A DNA stretch of 64,000 bases from an uncultured bacterium (GTDB lineage: Bacteria > Patescibacteriota > Minisyncoccia > Moranbacterales > UBA2206), in assembly GCA_903937035.1 (NCBI GenBank), contig CAIZXS010000023.1:1188-65187 (forward strand), given 5' to 3'. Positions 59,569-64,000 of the stretch are shown here, in pieces. The position numbers were made by a program, and so were the translations under genes. How positions within the stretch are numbered: the stretch's first letter is position 1; every line of letters begins with the position of its first letter. The notes beneath the pieces were generated by a model. That model saw nothing but the letters and a program-made list of their open reading frames with translations, was not told the origin of the DNA and did not search any database.

Positions 59569-60668
59569 CATTCCCTTTCTAGTAAATAGTCACTAATACC
59601 TAGGATAAACGATTTGCCTTTTTCGCGGTAATTTTGGCGAGAAATAATCTTTTTTGAATCCAGGATCAAGTCCTTGGCATAGTTTACGCAATAATCATAA
59701 GCACCAGTCTTAAGCATTATCTCCTTGATTCGATTAACAGTCTTTTCTGACATATTTCTAGCACCTAAATTTTTCATGATAAAAGCACCCTCCTCTTTTG
59801 TTGCCAGCTCTAAAGCTTTTAGCAATAGCAATGTTTTTTTACCTTCCTTCAGATCAGAACCAGTTGGTTTACCGAATTTTTCTTTTTTCCCAAAAAGTCC
59901 CAAGATGTCGTCTTGAATATTAAAAGCTATTCCTAGTGGTTCAGCATAAGATTTAATTTTATCAATTTCGCGATTAGTCGCGCCAGCTAGGACGGCACCA
60001 ATTCGCAAGGGAACTTCGATAGTATAAGCTGCGGTTTTCAACCTGTATATCTTTAGCGTCTTTTGAAGCGTACTTTCCGGAACAATCTCGCAATAACTTG
60101 ACTCCGAATCAATTATTTGGCCAAAAGTCGTGTTTCGGATTACCCGATTCAATTCATAGCTCGCCCTGGTTTTATTTTCAAATTTAACCTCCGCCAAAGC
60201 CATGTTTGCTAGTGCGACACAAACGTCCCCGACCAGAATTGCCGCCGATCGTCCAAAATGCTCTTTTTCTTTGATGTTTTTTCCAAAAGAAAACTTTTTC
60301 TCTCCCATTTTTTCAAAAATTTTATGTACAGTATCCTCCCCTCTTCGAAGCTCATCCCGATCGACAATATCATCATGGATCAATAAAAATGACTGCACCA
60401 ATTCCATGGCCATTGAAGCTCGCAGCAAATCTTTGCCTGGTTTTTCTTTTGAAAAACATAAAAAACCATAATAGATAAGCGCCGCCCGTATGCGCTTTCC
60501 GCCCCTCAAGCTGAAATCTTCCAGTGCAGAAATGGCCGCGCAAGCAGTCTCATCAATGTCCTTGCATTCATCAAGTTGCCTTGCAAAAAACAATCCCAAC
60601 TCTTTGTCTACAACTTTTTTATACGCCTTCAATTTTACAATCGCCTCCTTAGCAAGATTCTTATTCAT
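59565..60668 (-). CDS. trans-polyprenyl diphosphate synthase (GGPPS/IdsA-like)
   Basis: GGKRIR, HDDIVD..RRG, KT, QDDILG, SDLKEGKKT; convergent with idi, overlapping by 4 bp. Confidence 0.92.
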   Translation of the reverse strand: MNKNLAKEAIVKLKAYKKVVDKELGLFFARQLDECKDIDETACAAISALEDFSLRGGKRIRAALIYYGFLCFSKEKPGKDLLRASMAMELVQSFLLIHDDIVDRDELRRGEDTVHKIFEKMGEKKFSFGKNIKEKEHFGRSAAILVGDVCVALANMALAEVKFENKTRASYELNRVIRNTTFGQIIDSESSYCEIVPESTLQKTLKIYRLKTAAYTIEVPLRIGAVLAGATNREIDKIKSYAEPLGIAFNIQDDILGLFGKKEKFGKPTGSDLKEGKKTLLLLKALELATKEEGAFIMKNLGARNMSEKTVNRIKEIMLKTGAYDYCVNYAKDLILDSKKIISRQNYREKGKSFILGISDYLLEREC

Positions 60669-60714
60669 TTATTTGACCAATTAACCATTTATCATTTTCA
60701 CTATACCACGCACA

Positions 60715-61578
60715 TCATTTTCCCCAAAATAACCAGATAATTCCGATATAAAACAGGAGCGAGATAAAATAGAATATCGGTGTGAGAGCTAGAAAAAACA
60801 TCCCAATAAAAATCAACGAAACAATTGAAAAAGAAAACCACTTCCGCGGAAGAACCCCAAAATCGAACAGGTCATATTCGATAATATTAAAAGCAATGAG
60901 CACAATAAAAATTAGGTTGCCAAGAATAAAATAGGGGGAAATTTCAATGCCTATATCCGTCACCACATTTAGCACGTCTATAATTTCATAAGCCACACTC
61001 CACAATACGGAAAACATTATGGCGAAAACCAAAAGTCGTATTTGCGATTTGTTACTATATCGCACAAGAGTATTGCGATACCCCTTGAGAAGTATGCAGG
61101 AAGCCCAAATAGCATAACCCACATTAAAGATGAGGCTAGGAAAGATATACCAGCCAACATTGGTGATGCACGTACTTGAGTCATACGTGCCAACGCCAAA
61201 TCCACCAGCCACAGCAAAAACAGTAAGGAATAATGGCAAAGCAAAAATCAATTTCTTTTTCCAAATCAATTTCTCTCCCACAAAATCATAGGCAAAATAC
61301 AAAATAAACAGAAAAATGAAATCTGCTAAATAGGATAAACGTGAAAAAACATAACTAACTAAGGGACTCGTCGTTTCCCATTGCACCAAATCACCAAGTG
61401 TCCAAAGAACAATTGCTAGCATAAAATAAAAAGCATTCCGATTAACAGAATGCTCTTTGTTTTTAAATAAAATACTGATAGCAACAACAAGGCCCAAGAT
61501 AATCACTGAGCTATAAGAATAAACGATAAATAATGGTACGTCAGTTGGACACATATATTTGCACTTAGACGGTATCAA
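60715..61578 (-). CDS. Stand-alone 7TM sensor-like membrane protein (HisKA_7TM-like) without a kinase domain
   Basis: Hydrophobic pattern and motifs parallel the N-terminus of the adjacent kinase; alternative ATG at 61554. Confidence 0.65.
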   Translation of the reverse strand: MIPSKCKYMCPTDVPLFIVYSYSSVIILGLVVAISILFKNKEHSVNRNAFYFMLAIVLWTLGDLVQWETTSPLVSYVFSRLSYLADFIFLFILYFAYDFVGEKLIWKKKLIFALPLFLTVFAVAGGFGVGTYDSSTCITNVGWYIFPSLIFNVGYAIWASCILLKGYRNTLVRYSNKSQIRLLVFAIMFSVLWSVAYEIIDVLNVVTDIGIEISPYFILGNLIFIVLIAFNIIEYDLFDFGVLPRKWFSFSIVSLIFIGMFFLALTPIFYFISLLFYIGIIWLFWGK

Positions 61579-61643
61579 CCGAAACTAAACTACCACCACA
61601 TTTTCGATTCTATCCTACACCTGCTTTTCATTTTTAGCAAATA

Positions 61644-61669
61644 AAAACCAGCTATTTCTAGCTGGTTTT
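61644..61669. terminator. Hairpin terminator after the histidine kinase
   Basis: AAAACCAGCTA-TTTC-TAGCTGGTTTT. Confidence 0.7.
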
Positions 61670-61695
61670 CTTTTTTAGGCCAATGCAAGCTTTAT

Positions 61696-63519
61696 CTACC
61701 CATTCCTCTCCAAAGTCTCTTTTTCTTGCTCCAGCGGGAGCTCAAGAATGAATTTCGTGCCCATGCCGGCGCCGGGTGATTCAATCCAGACTCGGCCGCC
61801 ATTGGCAGTTGTGATCATTTTCACCACATAAAGCCCAAGGCCCGTACCACCCGTATTGAGTCGCGTAATATCTTTACCACGGGAAAATTTTGCAAACAAA
61901 TAGGGAATTTCTTCCGCTGGGATGCCAATACCAGTATCAGACACAGTCACGCGCAGATGTGGCGCAGAAAGACAGTTCACTTGATTCTTTTTGCACAATT
62001 CAACAGAAAGCGTTACTCCACCCTTTATGGTATATTTGAGCGCATTATCAACTAAGTTAGAAATCACTTCGCGAATTTTTGCTCCATCGATTGTCAATTC
62101 CGGCAAAATTTCAGCCGGGACACGATAATCCAGATAGAGATCTTTATCCTTAGCCTTAAGCGCCAAATTGTTGATCACATCTTGACAGAGCTCTCCAATT
62201 TGTTGCTTTTTAAATTCAAATTTCATACTGCCCGATTCGATGCGCGACACACTTAAGAGATCTTCCACGAAAGCAATTTGCTGGTTATTGGCGTTATAGA
62301 TATTTTCCACCGCGCTTCTTTGCTCGGCGTTCAACTCTCCATATGAACCTTCCAAAAGCATTGACGAATAACCCTTAATTGGCGTTGGTGGTGTGCGCAG
62401 TTGGTGCGAGGCCATGGAAACAAACTCTGTTTTGGCATTATCCAATTTTTTAAGCTTATCGTTAGCCACCGCAAGACTATCAGAAATTTTCTGCAATTGA
62501 TCCTTTCTTTCGCTAATTTCCTTGTTAGCCACCTTGAGTTTTTTGTTACGATTTTCAATTTCCTTGTTTCGTTTTTCAATTTCTGTGTTAGCAATTTCCA
62601 GTTCCTCCCTCTGTTCGATCTCTTTTTTAACCGAACGTACCAATATCCAACCAAAAATCACCACGATTACCAAGGTGATCGCAGTGAGAACCCTATTGGT
62701 GTTATTTTGAATGAAAGCAAATTGAGAGCCAATGATGATAATAAGTAAAACAACAAGTGCCTGAGCACCAATTAGTTTAACCTCAAAAGCTTTGAACTTT
62801 ACGATTAAATAGGCAATCATACCCATAAAAAAAACCATCCCGAAGAGTCCATATTGGTCAAGCGAATAATCAGTCGTTGCGCCATTTTCAATTAAATAGC
62901 TTGCTAAAAATCCAGTCACAAAAAATGTCAGCAAAAAAAACTCGATTCCAAAAGCCATTATTATTAGTTGTTTTTTGAATGAATTTTCAACTTTCCGGTA
63001 TCTGTTAATTGCTAAAATCAAAGCCCACACAAACATTAAAAGTCCAATTCCATAGTAATAATTCGTGAAATAATGTCCTTCCAAGGCGGAACAGCGAGGA
63101 ACATTAAAGCCTGTGACATTATGGCTAGTTGAGGTTAGAAAAATAACTGGAAGTAAAAGTAACATAAAAATTATCTTTTGAGGGAGACCCACATCCTTCT
63201 TATCAATAAAAACGTATAAAAAATACACTGAGAGAATATAAACAAGCGCGTAGGCTATTCCAAGTAATGACCAAGCTAGCATTATATTGCCACTGTCGTT
63301 GCTGGTCCAGGTTATCAGATTTAAAAATGCCCAGAACGAAAAAGTGATTGAAATCGACAGTAAAATCTTATTTAGCAAAGAATGTCTATTATTATAATAA
63401 ACAAAAAAACCAATCAACAGTGAAATGATTATTGCCGGTAAATGGGAATAATAAAGCAACGCCGGAACGTCAGAGGAAAATATTAAGTATTGCGGATCAG
63501 GGTAAGTTGGACAAATCAT
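61696..63519 (-). CDS. Sensor histidine kinase with a multi-TM (HisKA_7TM-like) input domain
   Basis: H box ASHQLRTP, N box NLVDNALKYT, G1 DTGIGI, G2 GTGLGL. Confidence 0.95.
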   Translation of the reverse strand: MICPTYPDPQYLIFSSDVPALLYYSHLPAIIISLLIGFFVYYNNRHSLLNKILLSISITFSFWAFLNLITWTSNDSGNIMLAWSLLGIAYALVYILSVYFLYVFIDKKDVGLPQKIIFMLLLLPVIFLTSTSHNVTGFNVPRCSALEGHYFTNYYYGIGLLMFVWALILAINRYRKVENSFKKQLIIMAFGIEFFLLTFFVTGFLASYLIENGATTDYSLDQYGLFGMVFFMGMIAYLIVKFKAFEVKLIGAQALVVLLIIIIGSQFAFIQNNTNRVLTAITLVIVVIFGWILVRSVKKEIEQREELEIANTEIEKRNKEIENRNKKLKVANKEISERKDQLQKISDSLAVANDKLKKLDNAKTEFVSMASHQLRTPPTPIKGYSSMLLEGSYGELNAEQRSAVENIYNANNQQIAFVEDLLSVSRIESGSMKFEFKKQQIGELCQDVINNLALKAKDKDLYLDYRVPAEILPELTIDGAKIREVISNLVDNALKYTIKGGVTLSVELCKKNQVNCLSAPHLRVTVSDTGIGIPAEEIPYLFAKFSRGKDITRLNTGGTGLGLYVVKMITTANGGRVWIESPGAGMGTKFILELPLEQEKETLERNG

Positions 63520-63575
63520 TTTTTATTTTTTATTTAATTATCTTTTATCGTACCAAAAAACATATAAGCTTAATA

Positions 63576-64000
63576 TTAATGATTCTGCGTAAATCCATTT
63601 ATCAAAAGAAACAAGCTGTCCTTAAAACTCAAATCTATGAACAACCTACTTAATATTATACCACCTTTTGCCTGAAAGGAAACACCATCAAAACGGACTG
63701 TAATTTGACCATCTTGCCCACTCAAGGAATCCTTTTTAAACATTGCGCCTCTTAGCTCTATTCTTTTTTCCCCAAGATAAAAATAACAATAAACTCCTGG
63801 TTCGATATAAGGATATGCCATAATCTTATTGAAAATATCCATCGCTCGCTCATTTTTCCAATCAACAAGACGATATGCTTCATATTTTCCGGTCATTGAA
63901 GCTAGCGACTCATCTTGTTCATACGGGACAATTTTACCATCAAGATAATCCAAGACATCGATATTGAGATGTTTCTTTAAAATACGATCTATTTTACGTT
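63576..64000 (-). CDS. 3' part of a gene resembling the C-terminal domain of Fmt/ArnA-like formyltransferases; 5' end outside the window
   Basis: Frame is open to the window edge; EQDESLA, LVDW, A.DIFNKIMA..PGVY pattern. Confidence 0.45.
   Translation of the reverse strand, partial: RKIDRILKKHLNIDVLDYLDGKIVPYEQDESLASMTGKYEAYRLVDWKNERAMDIFNKIMAYPYIEPGVYCYFYLGEKRIELRGAMFKKDSLSGQDGQITVRFDGVSFQAKGGIILSRLFIDLSFKDSLFLLINGFTQNH

Noticed and set aside
62460-62620. 21-nt periodic repeats in the histidine kinase
   Set aside because: Explained by coiled-coil heptads of the signalling helix.
1-64000. tRNA, rRNA, introns, inteins, prophage or recoded stop codons
   Set aside because: None recognised; recA, fusA, tuf and ftsK are uninterrupted and TGA behaves as a stop.

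Overview
Low-GC bacterial chromosome segment read with genetic code 11, with nearly all genes on the minus strand. It looks like Patescibacteria/CPR (Parcubacteria, possibly Moranbacteria): no rpmD between rpsE and rplO, Lys-rich tails on L22 and S19, and mostly SD-less leaders. Left to right: a single MurL-MurD fusion ORF missed by the ORF track (runs off the left edge); a D-aminoacylase-like gene; gap; an approximately 11 kb hydrogenase region; fba, tpiA, dedA, galT, a GT2 and argS; the S10-spc ribosomal cluster; a str operon split between fusA and tuf by an SD-led purN-purL-purQ block; rpmB, ndk, recA, a rodZ-like gene and ftsK; and a signalling/isoprenoid cluster at the right end. The hydrogenase region holds group 3b-like [NiFe] large and small subunits, a Zn-less HypA, a truncated HypF, hypCDE, superoxide reductase, and a NuoE/NuoF module with an [FeFe]-HydA-like subunit whose H-cluster is lost. 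Most notable: (1) that apparent hybrid [NiFe]/HydABC-derived NAD(H) hydrogenase, flanked by glycolytic genes; (2) a family of heptamer-built hairpins ending at start codons; (3) several palindromic repeat families, four insertions of which sit in frame inside hypF; (4) the MurL-MurD fusion; (5) leaderless-type promoters and an unannotated 49-aa CxCxxC peptide. No tRNA, rRNA, CRISPR array or transposase was seen. All calls come from reading motifs by eye; no searches or folding computations were run.
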